This document shows, piece after piece, positions 20,477 through 29,850 of a DNA stretch of 64,000 bases (the first letter of the stretch is position 1; each line of letters begins with the position of its first letter). The translations under genes were made by a program, and so were the position numbers. Under the pieces are notes generated by a model. That model was not told the origin of the DNA. It searched no databases and worked only from the letters and a program-made list of their open reading frames with translations. The stretch covers positions 26,839 to 90,838 of the forward strand of contig LCFP01000003.1 of the NCBI GenBank assembly GCA_000999095.1, in the 5' to 3' direction. The DNA is from Candidatus Gottesmanbacteria bacterium GW2011_GWA2_43_14. GTDB lineage: Bacteria; Patescibacteriota; Microgenomatia; 2-02-FULL-39-11.

Positions 20477-21769
20477 ATGTACGATATCATCCTGCAAAAA
20501 CTGGAATCGAGAAAAAAACCGATAGAAGTGATTGTTTCGGGTTTGGGTTTTGTTAGTTTCGGTTTCATCTCATCAATCCGTAACTTCAAAGGTCTAAAAG
20601 TTCCCTTGGTCATTACCAGAAGACCGGCAGCCGCCCGCAGTTTTCTGGAAAAAAAAGGATTAAAAGCGGTTCTGGAAAACAATCCGGACAAAATTAAAGA
20701 CAATTCGAATCTGGGGATCATTTCCCTGACTGATGATTTAGAGCTTATCAATAATTATGAAAATGAAGTTGTAATAGAAATGACAGGTACGATTGCCTAC
20801 GGTACGAAAATTGCCTTAAAGACAATCAAGGCCGGGAAGCATCTGGTGACTATGAATCCGGAGCTTCAGGCGACCGTCGGAGCGGAACTTCATACATTGG
20901 CCAGCCGCAAAAAAGTGGTGGTAACAGATATCATCGGCGACCAGCCGGGCAGCCTGGCACGGTTGATAAACCAGGCGAAAGTGATGGGCTTCCGTGTTTT
21001 ACTGGCCGGTAATATGAAGAGGTTTTTGAACAGACATGCCACTCAGTCCGAAATGCAGAACTGGGCTGATAATAAGGGTTTGTCAGTCAAACAGACGGTT
21101 TCTTTTACCGACGGTACCAAACAATCGATAGAAATGAATCTGGTAGCCAATTATTTCAATATGGATATCCTGGAATTCGGCATGCATGGGCCAACAGTCG
21201 AAACTGTTCATGATTCGTTAAACTCTTTTCACTGGGACAAGTTACCCCGGGAAGGCATTGTTGACTACGTTATAGGAAAAAAATTGTTTCCGGGTGTTTT
21301 TCTCATCGCCGAACATCCGGACAAAAACCAAAAACCATACCTATCTTATCTCGGTTTGGGAGAGGGACCCCGTTATGTCCTTTTTGAGCCTTATCATTTG
21401 TGCCATCTGGAGGTTGCGGGCTCAATCGCCAAAGTAATTCTGACCAAAAAGGAAATAATCAGCAATACTTACCCGAAAACCAGGACGATCGCCGTAGCGA
21501 AATACAGGCTTTACCCGGGGCAGAAATTGGATGGTATCGGCGGTGATCTTATTTACGGGAATATTGATAAAGATGAATATGCAAAAGATTTTCTGCCCGT
21601 CGGTCTAACCGAAGGGGCTGTTCTTAAAAAAGCTTTACATCAGGACCAGCCGATCAAAATCTCTGATGTTATTTTGCCACAAAACGCCGCCACTATTTTA
21701 ACCGGATTGGCAGAAAGCCCAAGAGGAAAGGAAAAAATAGATTATGAATTCCCGTCAGTTAAGGTTTAA
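20477..21769 (+). CDS. NAD(P)-binding oxidoreductase with C-terminal SAF-like domain (COG4091 'predicted homoserine dehydrogenase'-like)
   Basis: N-terminal Rossmann GxGxxG (VSGLGFVSFG); size and domain order match COG4091; assignment by recall only. Confidence 0.4.
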   Translation: MYDIILQKLESRKKPIEVIVSGLGFVSFGFISSIRNFKGLKVPLVITRRPAAARSFLEKKGLKAVLENNPDKIKDNSNLGIISLTDDLELINNYENEVVIEMTGTIAYGTKIALKTIKAGKHLVTMNPELQATVGAELHTLASRKKVVVTDIIGDQPGSLARLINQAKVMGFRVLLAGNMKRFLNRHATQSEMQNWADNKGLSVKQTVSFTDGTKQSIEMNLVANYFNMDILEFGMHGPTVETVHDSLNSFHWDKLPREGIVDYVIGKKLFPGVFLIAEHPDKNQKPYLSYLGLGEGPRYVLFEPYHLCHLEVAGSIAKVILTKKEIISNTYPKTRTIAVAKYRLYPGQKLDGIGGDLIYGNIDKDEYAKDFLPVGLTEGAVLKKALHQDQPIKISDVILPQNAATILTGLAESPRGKEKIDYEFPSVKV

Positions 21770-21838
21770 ATGTCCAGAAAATACCAGCTAAGAGTACTTC
21801 TTTTACTGCTTATATCTGCCGGCCAAATATTGATCTAA
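21770..21838 (+). CDS. possible 22-aa hydrophobic micro-ORF (MSRKYQLRVLLLLLISAGQILI) at the boundary of an AT-rich segment
   Basis: ATG abuts the upstream stop and its own stop is followed by the next ATG; no SD; may be non-coding. Confidence 0.2.
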   Translation: MSRKYQLRVLLLLLISAGQILI

Positions 21839-21839
21839 A

Positions 21840-22979
21840 ATGAAAATTCTTTACTTCGGCTCTTATGACAATGATTACATTAGAAACGTTATTAATATAA
21901 AAGGTCTCAGATTAAACCTAGTTGATGTAATAGTATGTAATTTTTATAAAAGAAAATTATTTATAGCATCTGAATATTCGAAAATTACTTATCTAATTAG
22001 AATTTCTACTTCATTGTTTTACCGTTCGATTTATCTTTTTTTTAAAGGAATAATTATTATTATTAAGCAAAAAATTTCATATATCATTATTGGATTTCCT
22101 GGTCATCTTGATATTCCGATAGGCTATCTTATCGCAAAAATAACCGGTAGCAAAATAATTTTTGATCCTTTTATATCGCTATATGATACCTTTGTAACTG
22201 ACAGAAAAATTTTTAGCACTGACTCCTTAATTTCAAAAAGCATAAAAAAGTACGAAACCGCAATATATAAACTTCCAGATTTAATTTTGACACATACAGA
22301 GACTGATAAGTTATATTTCTCAAAAAGTTTCAAGATCCCCTTGAATAAGATCAAAGTTCTTTACATTGGAAGTGATAATTTAACGCAAAAAACCACTGCG
22401 CTCACCGGGAAATCTTCCGATTTTTCAGTTGTATATCAAGGCAACTTTATTCCATTACACGGAATTGAACATATTATTCATTCTGCATTTATTCTGAGTC
22501 AAATAGATAAAAAAATTAAATTTATATTCGTTGGAAACGGACAAACATATCAAGAAAATTTTAATCTCGCAAACATATTAAAACTTAGAAATGTTGTTTT
22601 TAAAGGATTCGTTTCAATATATGACTGGAAAAAAACAATTAATAAGGCCGATATTATATTAGGGATTTTCCAAAATTCGGTGAAGGCTTCTAAATCGATA
22701 CCAAATAAAGTAATTCAAGGAATTGCAGCTAAAAAAGCCGTAATTACCGCAGAAACTACAGCAATTAAAGAATTATTTAATCACTTTGAAAATATGTATT
22801 TCTGCAAACCAGCAGATCCTCTCTCTTTAGCGAACGGAATATTAGAACTAAAAAGAAATTCGAATCTAAGGAATAAAATCGCTTATAACGGGAATAAAAT
22901 ATACAAAAATAAACTAACGCCAATTTCAGTAGGGCGTGAGTTACTGACTATTTGTAACGAGTTTCAAAATTCAAATTAA
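21840..22979 (+). CDS. GT-B-fold glycosyltransferase, AT-rich paralogue of 15777..16892
   Basis: Aligned N-terminus MKILYFGSYDNDY vs MKICFFGTYFANY and C-terminal …IPNKV…FCKPADP; local GC about 28%. Confidence 0.6.
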   Translation: MKILYFGSYDNDYIRNVINIKGLRLNLVDVIVCNFYKRKLFIASEYSKITYLIRISTSLFYRSIYLFFKGIIIIIKQKISYIIIGFPGHLDIPIGYLIAKITGSKIIFDPFISLYDTFVTDRKIFSTDSLISKSIKKYETAIYKLPDLILTHTETDKLYFSKSFKIPLNKIKVLYIGSDNLTQKTTALTGKSSDFSVVYQGNFIPLHGIEHIIHSAFILSQIDKKIKFIFVGNGQTYQENFNLANILKLRNVVFKGFVSIYDWKKTINKADIILGIFQNSVKASKSIPNKVIQGIAAKKAVITAETTAIKELFNHFENMYFCKPADPLSLANGILELKRNSNLRNKIAYNGNKIYKNKLTPISVGRELLTICNEFQNSN

Positions 22980-22980
22980 A

Positions 22981-24069
22981 ATGAAAATAATAATTTCTAA
23001 TTACGATGAAATAAAAAATCCTTATTATGGCGGAGGAGGAGCTATGAGTAATCATAAAATCGGTAAATATTTAGCGGAAAAAAATGAAGTAATGATTATT
23101 TGTGGCGCATTTAAAGGCTGCAGGAACGGTGTTGTAGAAGGTGTATTTTATAAACATATTGGTATAAAAAGATTTGGTCCAATTTTGGGACAGATATTCT
23201 TTTCGTTATTACTGCCCGTATTCGCGTTGATAGAAAATTATGATTTATGGGTAGAAAATTTTGTACCGCCTCATTCTACCAATTTCATTCCAATTTTCAC
23301 CAATAAACCCGTCGTGGGGGTCAGTTCACTCTTGCACGCAAAAGAATTTAGTCAAAAATATGGAATCCCGTTTTATTTAATAGAAAATTTAGGTCTAAAA
23401 TTCTATAAGAATATCCTTGTATTGAGTAATGAATATGCTAAAAAAGTCCAAAAAATCAATAAAAAAGCGAAAATAGTAGAAATTCCAAGGGGGGTAGATG
23501 ACGCTTATTTTGAAATTAAAGGAAATGAGAACAACTATATATTGTATTTAGCGCGAATTGATATTTTCCAAAAAGGTTTAGATTTATTGTTGAAAGCATG
23601 GAAAAAAGTAGTTTATAGGTATCCGCATATCAAATTAGTTATAGCAGGAAATACTACATTTGCAGAAGAAAGAAAATTCAAGCAAATCGTTGATCAACTT
23701 TCATTAGATAAAAATGTTAAGTATATAGGATTGGTAAAAGGAGAAAAAAAAAGAACCCTATTATCAAACTCTCTTTGTGTGATCAGTCCATCACGGTTTG
23801 AAAGCTTCGGCAATTCATCATTGGAAACATTAGCAGCAGGGAAATGCTTAATAGTATTTGATATACCCGGTTATTGCTGGATACCGGAAAATGTTTCAGT
23901 AAAAATAAAGTCGGTAAATTTCAATTTGTTAGCTGTGGCAATTGAAAGAGTCATTTCCAATAAAGAATTAAGAATTAAGTACGGAAAACTAGCAAGGAAT
24001 TTTGCTGAAAATTATAGATGGAAAAAAATATTTAAATTGTACGAAGCTTATTTTTTAAATGTAAATTAA
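22981..24069 (+). CDS. GT4-family glycosyltransferase
   Basis: GT4 motifs (…ESFGNSSLETLAAGKCLIVFDIPG…); AT-rich. Confidence 0.7.
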   Translation: MKIIISNYDEIKNPYYGGGGAMSNHKIGKYLAEKNEVMIICGAFKGCRNGVVEGVFYKHIGIKRFGPILGQIFFSLLLPVFALIENYDLWVENFVPPHSTNFIPIFTNKPVVGVSSLLHAKEFSQKYGIPFYLIENLGLKFYKNILVLSNEYAKKVQKINKKAKIVEIPRGVDDAYFEIKGNENNYILYLARIDIFQKGLDLLLKAWKKVVYRYPHIKLVIAGNTTFAEERKFKQIVDQLSLDKNVKYIGLVKGEKKRTLLSNSLCVISPSRFESFGNSSLETLAAGKCLIVFDIPGYCWIPENVSVKIKSVNFNLLAVAIERVISNKELRIKYGKLARNFAENYRWKKIFKLYEAYFLNVN

Positions 24070-24073
24070 ATAT

Positions 24074-25642
24074 ATGAAGCTCTTAAAAGCAATTAGTTTT
24101 ATTTCATTTTGCATTGCGATATCCGTCTTATTAACTCTCACAATAAAGGGTAACGAAGGTAACCCTTTACCCTTTCAAAACGATCATAATACTAAGGTGG
24201 GGGGGCCATTTGAAGCATCCAACACAACTTCAAGGTATGCTTTAACTTTGGCAATTGCTGAAAACGGATCATTTTTTCTCAATGAAGATTTGGCCAAGTT
24301 TGCTTCACCTGATGTAGTCAAATATAAAGACATGTATATGTCAATCTTTGCGCCCGGAGTATCATTTATAGTAATTCCATTTTATCTTTTTGGAAAAAAA
24401 CTGGGACTTCCTCAGGTAGTTACATTTTTAAGCGTAACTTTCTTTGCCTTATTCAATCTTTTTTTAATAGCCTGGATTTCCATAAAACTGGGATCCGGAT
24501 TCTGGACGGGTTTTTTGGGCGGATTTATTTTCTTATTCGGTACCAATGCCTTGTCATATGCACAAACACTTTCCCAGCACCATTTTACTGTGACAGTTGC
24601 ACTCCTGGCAATAATTACGGCCATGGGTAAACGGACCCTTATCAAAAATATCTGGTTCGGGATATTGTTTGGACTTGGTGTATTGGTAGATATTCCCAAT
24701 GTTTTTCTACTGGCTCCGATTCTTATTTATATTCTGTACAGGCAATTCTATCGGGAGATTTCTGCTGAAATTATTCGAGTCAACATGTCCTTAAATTTTA
24801 TCGGGTTAATTTTAGGAGTGCTGCCGTTTATTGCCTTATTTGCCTGGTATAACAGAGCTACCACCGGTTCATACACAATGCTTGCGCAATCAATCGGTCG
24901 GATGGAAGAGCATGGGGAAACGTTCTCTCAAAGTGATTCAGTAATCCTTCGGGAACAAAAAGATGTCAGAGCTCCGAAAGGAATCCGATTACCTTTTAAT
25001 CCAAGAAAACAGTTAGCCGGAGCGTACACATTATTTATAAGTGATGAAAGATCATGGATATATTACAGTCCGGTAGTCCTTTTAGGTATTTTTGGTCTTT
25101 TTAAACTTCTTAAAAATCAAAAATACAGAGAATTTGCAGCAGTTTCATTGTCAGTGATTTTTCTTAACGGTATTATGTATTCCATGTTTGGAGACCCCTG
25201 GGGGGGTTGGGCATTCGGACCCAGGTATTTAATTCCGGCGGGAGCGCTGTTGTCTATCGGATTAAGCATAATTTATACCAATTGGAACAGGAATATTCTT
25301 TTTATGTTGATTTTTGTGATTTTGGCTATTTATAGTCTGCGCATCAATACTCTCGGTGTGACAACAACCACTATGATTCCGCCGAAGATAGAGGCAATTA
25401 ATCTTCCTAAACCTATACCTTACACCTACGACTATAACTTCCAGCTTCTGAATAAGAATATCTCCAGTTCACTAATTTATAATCGCTTCTTGTCTAAAAA
25501 ACTGACTGCCACAGATTATTCTTACAGGCTCTTCATATCTGTTTCTTCGGTTTTTCTATTACTCACAATAGCTTCTTATTTCGAAATAAAAACATTAATT
25601 AAGAAATCTCATTACAGGAAGATATATATAAATAACATATGA
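24074..25642 (+). CDS. polytopic membrane glycosyltransferase, GT-C fold; paralogue of 16905..18530
   Basis: 522 aa, more than 10 TM; MFGDPWGGWAFGPRYLIPAG motif shared. Confidence 0.6.
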   Translation: MKLLKAISFISFCIAISVLLTLTIKGNEGNPLPFQNDHNTKVGGPFEASNTTSRYALTLAIAENGSFFLNEDLAKFASPDVVKYKDMYMSIFAPGVSFIVIPFYLFGKKLGLPQVVTFLSVTFFALFNLFLIAWISIKLGSGFWTGFLGGFIFLFGTNALSYAQTLSQHHFTVTVALLAIITAMGKRTLIKNIWFGILFGLGVLVDIPNVFLLAPILIYILYRQFYREISAEIIRVNMSLNFIGLILGVLPFIALFAWYNRATTGSYTMLAQSIGRMEEHGETFSQSDSVILREQKDVRAPKGIRLPFNPRKQLAGAYTLFISDERSWIYYSPVVLLGIFGLFKLLKNQKYREFAAVSLSVIFLNGIMYSMFGDPWGGWAFGPRYLIPAGALLSIGLSIIYTNWNRNILFMLIFVILAIYSLRINTLGVTTTTMIPPKIEAINLPKPIPYTYDYNFQLLNKNISSSLIYNRFLSKKLTATDYSYRLFISVSSVFLLLTIASYFEIKTLIKKSHYRKIYINNI

Positions 25643-27258
25643 ATATTCTAAATTTGCGGTTTTCCATAAAAAAAGGCTCATTAGATAAAATAAGCGAATG
25701 GGAAAGCAGGATGCCGTTATTACTTCTGGGTATTTTAGCGATCTTGTCCATTGTCTGTTTTTACATTTTTTATGATAACGGGCTCGGACTTTCCTACAAC
25801 GATGCCCGGTCGCATCTGGACATCGGAAGACGCGTGGTTGAAGGATTAAAACCCGGGTTGGCCCAACTCGGATCAGTCTGGCTGCCTCTGCCTCACCTTC
25901 TTATGATTCCGACAATTTGGCATGATTTTATGTGGCATACCGGGCTTTCGGGAGCATTGCCCTCGATGCTTTCATTTGTGGCTACATCTCTCTTGATCTA
26001 TTTTTTTCTGCAAAAACTGGGTGTCGGCTTATCCGGAAAAATACTGGGGGTTGCCGTATTTGTCGCCAATCTCAATGTCCTGTATCTCCAGTCAACAGCC
26101 ATGACGGAACTGCTTCTCCTGGCAACCATGACTGCCGGTATGTATGAGCTTTTAAAGTGGAGCATGGATGAAAATTTCCTCAATCTTATTAAATCCGCTT
26201 TTTGGATCATGCTTTCCTCCCTTGTCAGATATGAAGGCTGGTTTCTGCTGCTTTATGCAGCCTTTCTGATAATTTTCATTATGGTGAGGAAAAAAGGCTA
26301 TAAAGTAACGGAAGGCACCTTGATTCTTTTCGGAACTTTGGCAGGAGTTGGTATTCTGTTATGGTTTCTCTGGAATACTTTGATTTTCAATGATCCCTTA
26401 TATTTTGCCTACGGTCCTTTCTCAGCCCGCACCCAGCAGAAACAAATGGAACTGGCCGGTGTCTTATCTACAAAAAACAATTTATTGTTATCCCTGAAAG
26501 TCTATCTATTTGCCTTAATCTATAATTCTTATGCCTATAATGCCGTTTTGGGACTTATAGGAGCAATAGTATTTTTCACCGATAAAAATATTAAACCTCA
26601 TGTCAGGTTTGCAGCTACTGTTTTGCTTACTCCATTAATATTCAACGTTTTAGCACTTTTCATGGGTCACTCTGTTCTATTTATACAGGGAATTTCAGGC
26701 GATACCTGGTTTAACGTCCGTTACGGTCTGATGATGCTGCCTTCAATTGCCATTTTTGCGGGCTACCTCGTCCATAAAGCCAAGTCATTAAGAGTAACCA
26801 TAATCGGATTATTTGTCTTTGTTATTTTTTTTGCATTTACCAACGGTGATGCAGTCACAATTGATGATGCAAGAGTCGGCTCCAGCCAGAAAAATGTCTC
26901 AGAGGTAAGCGGTTATCTGAACACCCATGCCAAAAATACAAAGGGATTTGTGCTTATTTCGGCAGCTTCACACGACGCCATTATTTTTTCATCAGGACTT
27001 CCCATGAAAAGATTTATCCATGAAGGAACAGGCGGCTATTGGGAATCGGCAACAGGCAGTCCTGACAGATGGGCGCGCTGGATAGTCGTACGCACCAACG
27101 ACAATAATGACTTAACCTGGAAATCCCTTTCCGAAGCACCGGATTCCATATCAAAATACAAACTGGCCGCCAAATATCCTTTTGCCGATGTTTACGAATT
27201 GAAAAAAGAATACCTGGCGGAATTAATCACGGAGCCGATTCTCGGAAAACAAAAATAA
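25639..27258 (+). CDS. polytopic membrane protein with C-terminal extracytoplasmic domain (possible GT-C-like)
   Basis: 539 aa, about 11 TM then soluble domain; 4-bp overlap with upstream GT-C gene. Confidence 0.45.
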   Translation: MNILNLRFSIKKGSLDKISEWESRMPLLLLGILAILSIVCFYIFYDNGLGLSYNDARSHLDIGRRVVEGLKPGLAQLGSVWLPLPHLLMIPTIWHDFMWHTGLSGALPSMLSFVATSLLIYFFLQKLGVGLSGKILGVAVFVANLNVLYLQSTAMTELLLLATMTAGMYELLKWSMDENFLNLIKSAFWIMLSSLVRYEGWFLLLYAAFLIIFIMVRKKGYKVTEGTLILFGTLAGVGILLWFLWNTLIFNDPLYFAYGPFSARTQQKQMELAGVLSTKNNLLLSLKVYLFALIYNSYAYNAVLGLIGAIVFFTDKNIKPHVRFAATVLLTPLIFNVLALFMGHSVLFIQGISGDTWFNVRYGLMMLPSIAIFAGYLVHKAKSLRVTIIGLFVFVIFFAFTNGDAVTIDDARVGSSQKNVSEVSGYLNTHAKNTKGFVLISAASHDAIIFSSGLPMKRFIHEGTGGYWESATGSPDRWARWIVVRTNDNNDLTWKSLSEAPDSISKYKLAAKYPFADVYELKKEYLAELITEPILGKQK

Positions 27259-27264
27259 CAGATT

Positions 27265-28500
27265 ATGCGTAAAATTGCCGTTTTCAGTTTAAGCCTTTTT
27301 TTAATTGCCGTTTTGTTTAAAACAAACGGCATGACGCAAACCCCAAGACCGTCCTGGTGGGAGTTCCAATCAATAGACACGATGAAGTATTCCCGGGATA
27401 CGGCACGGGAAAAAAATAACGACAGGGAATTTGCCAAAACAATCGATGAGCAAATAAAAGCAATCGGCCAAACCGGGGCAACCCATGTTGCCATAGCTAC
27501 CCCCTATGATGATGAATTTTTACCTTTTCTGACACTCTGGGTAAATACTGCCAGAAAATACGGACTAAATATCTGGTTCCGGGGAAATTGGTCCGGTTGG
27601 GAGCAGTGGTTCGGCTACGGCAAAATAAACCGGGAGGAACATCTGATAAAAACAGCAGAATTCATAAATAAAAATGCCGGATTATTCCGCGACGGTGACG
27701 TATTTACAGCCTGTCCTGAATGTGAAAACGGGGGACCGGGGGATCCGAGATTTAATAATGACGCTAACGGACACAGGCTGTTTTTGATAAAAGAATACGA
27801 GCTGACGAAAGGCCTATTTAATAAACTTAATAAAAAAGTAAAATCAAATTACCTGTCAATGAACGGGGATGTAGCCAGGTTAATTATGGATGAGGAAACG
27901 ACAAGCAAACTTGACGGACTGGTAGTCATCGACCATTACGTTTCCTCACCGGAAATACTGGCAAATGATATTAAAAATATAGCTGTAAAAAGCAAGGCTA
28001 AAATTGTTCTCGGAGAATTCGGTACCCCCATTCCCGATATTCACGGAAAAATGACCGATGAGGAGCAGTCGAAGTGGATTAAAGAAGCGCTTGAAAAACT
28101 GTCGGCCATACCTGAAGTAATCGGCCTTAACTACTGGGTAAGTTACGGCGGATCGACAGAAATTTGGCGGCCTGATAACAGCGAAAAAGCTGCTGTTTCT
28201 GTTTTATCCTCTTTTTTTAAACCCCAGGTCTTAAATGGGAAAATAGTCAATGAGTTGGACTGGCCTGTAGAAAATGCCATGGTAGAGACAAGGGGTCGAA
28301 AGGAAACGACAGACGCCCAGGGTATGTTTAGCCTTCCTTTTATCGGAGAGAATTCGCAGGTCGAGATAAGCCATAAGGATTATGAGAAAATACAATTAAC
28401 GGTAAGTGAGTTTAAAAATAATCAGTCTGCCGTGCTGATAAAGACTTCCGAGAGTTTTGTTTATAAGCTGCTTAAAAAAATAAAAGAATTAATAGACTGA
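27265..28500 (+). CDS. secreted putative glycoside hydrolase (TIM-barrel, GH5-like clan GH-A) with C-terminal beta-sandwich domain
   Basis: Signal peptide; candidate acid/base …CPECENGG… and nucleophile …VLGEFG… motifs; assignment tentative. Confidence 0.4.
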   Translation: MRKIAVFSLSLFLIAVLFKTNGMTQTPRPSWWEFQSIDTMKYSRDTAREKNNDREFAKTIDEQIKAIGQTGATHVAIATPYDDEFLPFLTLWVNTARKYGLNIWFRGNWSGWEQWFGYGKINREEHLIKTAEFINKNAGLFRDGDVFTACPECENGGPGDPRFNNDANGHRLFLIKEYELTKGLFNKLNKKVKSNYLSMNGDVARLIMDEETTSKLDGLVVIDHYVSSPEILANDIKNIAVKSKAKIVLGEFGTPIPDIHGKMTDEEQSKWIKEALEKLSAIPEVIGLNYWVSYGGSTEIWRPDNSEKAAVSVLSSFFKPQVLNGKIVNELDWPVENAMVETRGRKETTDAQGMFSLPFIGENSQVEISHKDYEKIQLTVSEFKNNQSAVLIKTSESFVYKLLKKIKELID

Positions 28501-28728
28501 TTGGCGGTGGGTGACGGAAATAATGATTATTTTTTTACCCTTGATTTCATAAACAATCCGGTAAGGCCAGGCACGCAGCGATCTTAGGCCTTCAAGTTCG
28601 ACTCTTAGCGGTTTTCCGACGAGGGGATTTTCAGGAACCATCTCTATTTTTTTAAGGATTTTCCGGATTTCAGTTGCAGGGATTTTTTTAAACTGTTTTA
28701 AAACCGTGCTTTTATATTCAATCCGCAT
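28489..28728 (-). CDS. type II toxin, RelE/ParE family
   Basis: 79 aa, …RVELEGLRSLRAWPYRIVYEIKGKKIIIISVTHRQ… typical RelE/ParE fold sequence. Confidence 0.8.
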   Translation of the reverse strand: MRIEYKSTVLKQFKKIPATEIRKILKKIEMVPENPLVGKPLRVELEGLRSLRAWPYRIVYEIKGKKIIIISVTHRQSVY

Positions 28729-29005
28729 TTTCGATTCCGAGGCTTTTCATCAGTTTACCGTGCGAAACAGTTTTTCTGAGTTTTTTTGCCCTTCTGATTG
28801 CCTCGATTTCTTTTTTATTTGACAGAATATCAAAAGTTTCAGCCCAGGACTCCAGATCATCTTTGCTTATCATAATGACTGATTTTTCTCCCCGCAACTT
28901 AATCTCATAGGCTTCCAACCCGTTGGCGGCAGATTTAATCAACTCATATAAATTATCCCTGGCTTCACTGGCAGTATAGGTTTTTAGATTGGAAATGATG
29001 CTCAT
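28718..29005 (-). CDS. type II antitoxin, Phd/YefM family
   Basis: 95 aa, N-terminal …ASEARDNLYELI… Phd/YefM signature; overlaps toxin gene by 11 bp. Confidence 0.75.
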   Translation of the reverse strand: MSIISNLKTYTASEARDNLYELIKSAANGLEAYEIKLRGEKSVIMISKDDLESWAETFDILSNKKEIEAIRRAKKLRKTVSHGKLMKSLGIENAD

Positions 29006-29061
29006 TGTAAATCTAATCGTACGATATTACGTACGAGTTGTCAATAACCTCAATTATATAT

Positions 29062-29772
29062 TTATTTGGCCATGGCCTGTTTCCGCATTGTCTCCGGCAT
29101 TTTTTCGATTGCGTATCTCAGGGCAGTTCTCGGCATGACTTTCTTATTTTTCATTACATAACCGAAAATTTCTTTCTGATTTTTGCGGCTGGCTACTTTC
29201 AGCATCCAGCCGTAACCTTTTTGCACCAGATCCTCTTCGTCCAAAAGTAAAATGCCGGCAATTTCGAGAATATCTTCAAGAAACTCACCTTTTTTGGCGG
29301 GAATAATCAAGGAAACCGCTGCAGCACGCCGCAGCCATTTATTTTCTGCCGCAGCCCACTTTTTCAGGCGTATCAAATGCACCGGAAATTTTTCGATTAA
29401 AGCTCCGACTGCATGATTGCAGAGTGTGTCGCATTCCGCCCAATTATCGATATAGAGACTAACCCAGCGCTCAAATATTTCAATGTCTTCTTTTTGGAAA
29501 TCGCGGCTGACCCGATCCGCCCAATTGGCGGAGATCCAGGCTTCTTCGCAGTAGCCTGATTTCAACAATTCTTCGCATAGTACAAATATCTCCTGATTAT
29601 TTTTATTTTTTATTTTTTCAAAAAATTCCCTGGCGATTTTTGAAACAGTAGACGATTTAACACCGTGGAATTTAACTTCTTCCTTGAAAAACCGCTGAAA
29701 ACCGCTTTTAGTTTTCTCATCACTGCTTTTTTGCAGAGCAAGCCGGATTTGCAAAATGATTTTTGCTTTCAT
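29062..29772 (-). CDS. DNA alkylation repair enzyme (AlkD/HEAT-repeat-like)
   Basis: 236 aa, N-terminal …KSGFQRFFKEEVKFHGVKS… and HEAT-like repeats resemble pfam DNA_alkylation family. Confidence 0.55.
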   Translation of the reverse strand: MKAKIILQIRLALQKSSDEKTKSGFQRFFKEEVKFHGVKSSTVSKIAREFFEKIKNKNNQEIFVLCEELLKSGYCEEAWISANWADRVSRDFQKEDIEIFERWVSLYIDNWAECDTLCNHAVGALIEKFPVHLIRLKKWAAAENKWLRRAAAVSLIIPAKKGEFLEDILEIAGILLLDEEDLVQKGYGWMLKVASRKNQKEIFGYVMKNKKVMPRTALRYAIEKMPETMRKQAMAK

Positions 29773-29850
29773 AATTGATTATAATATATTCTTAAAATTA
29801 CTCAGTTTATTTTCAGGAAAATATTGATATAATTCTATATTTCCAGGGAC

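Noticed and set aside
21840-24070. AT-rich block as prophage or integrative element
   Set aside because: It contains only glycosyltransferase genes. No integrase, transposase, tRNA target or flanking direct repeats were seen.
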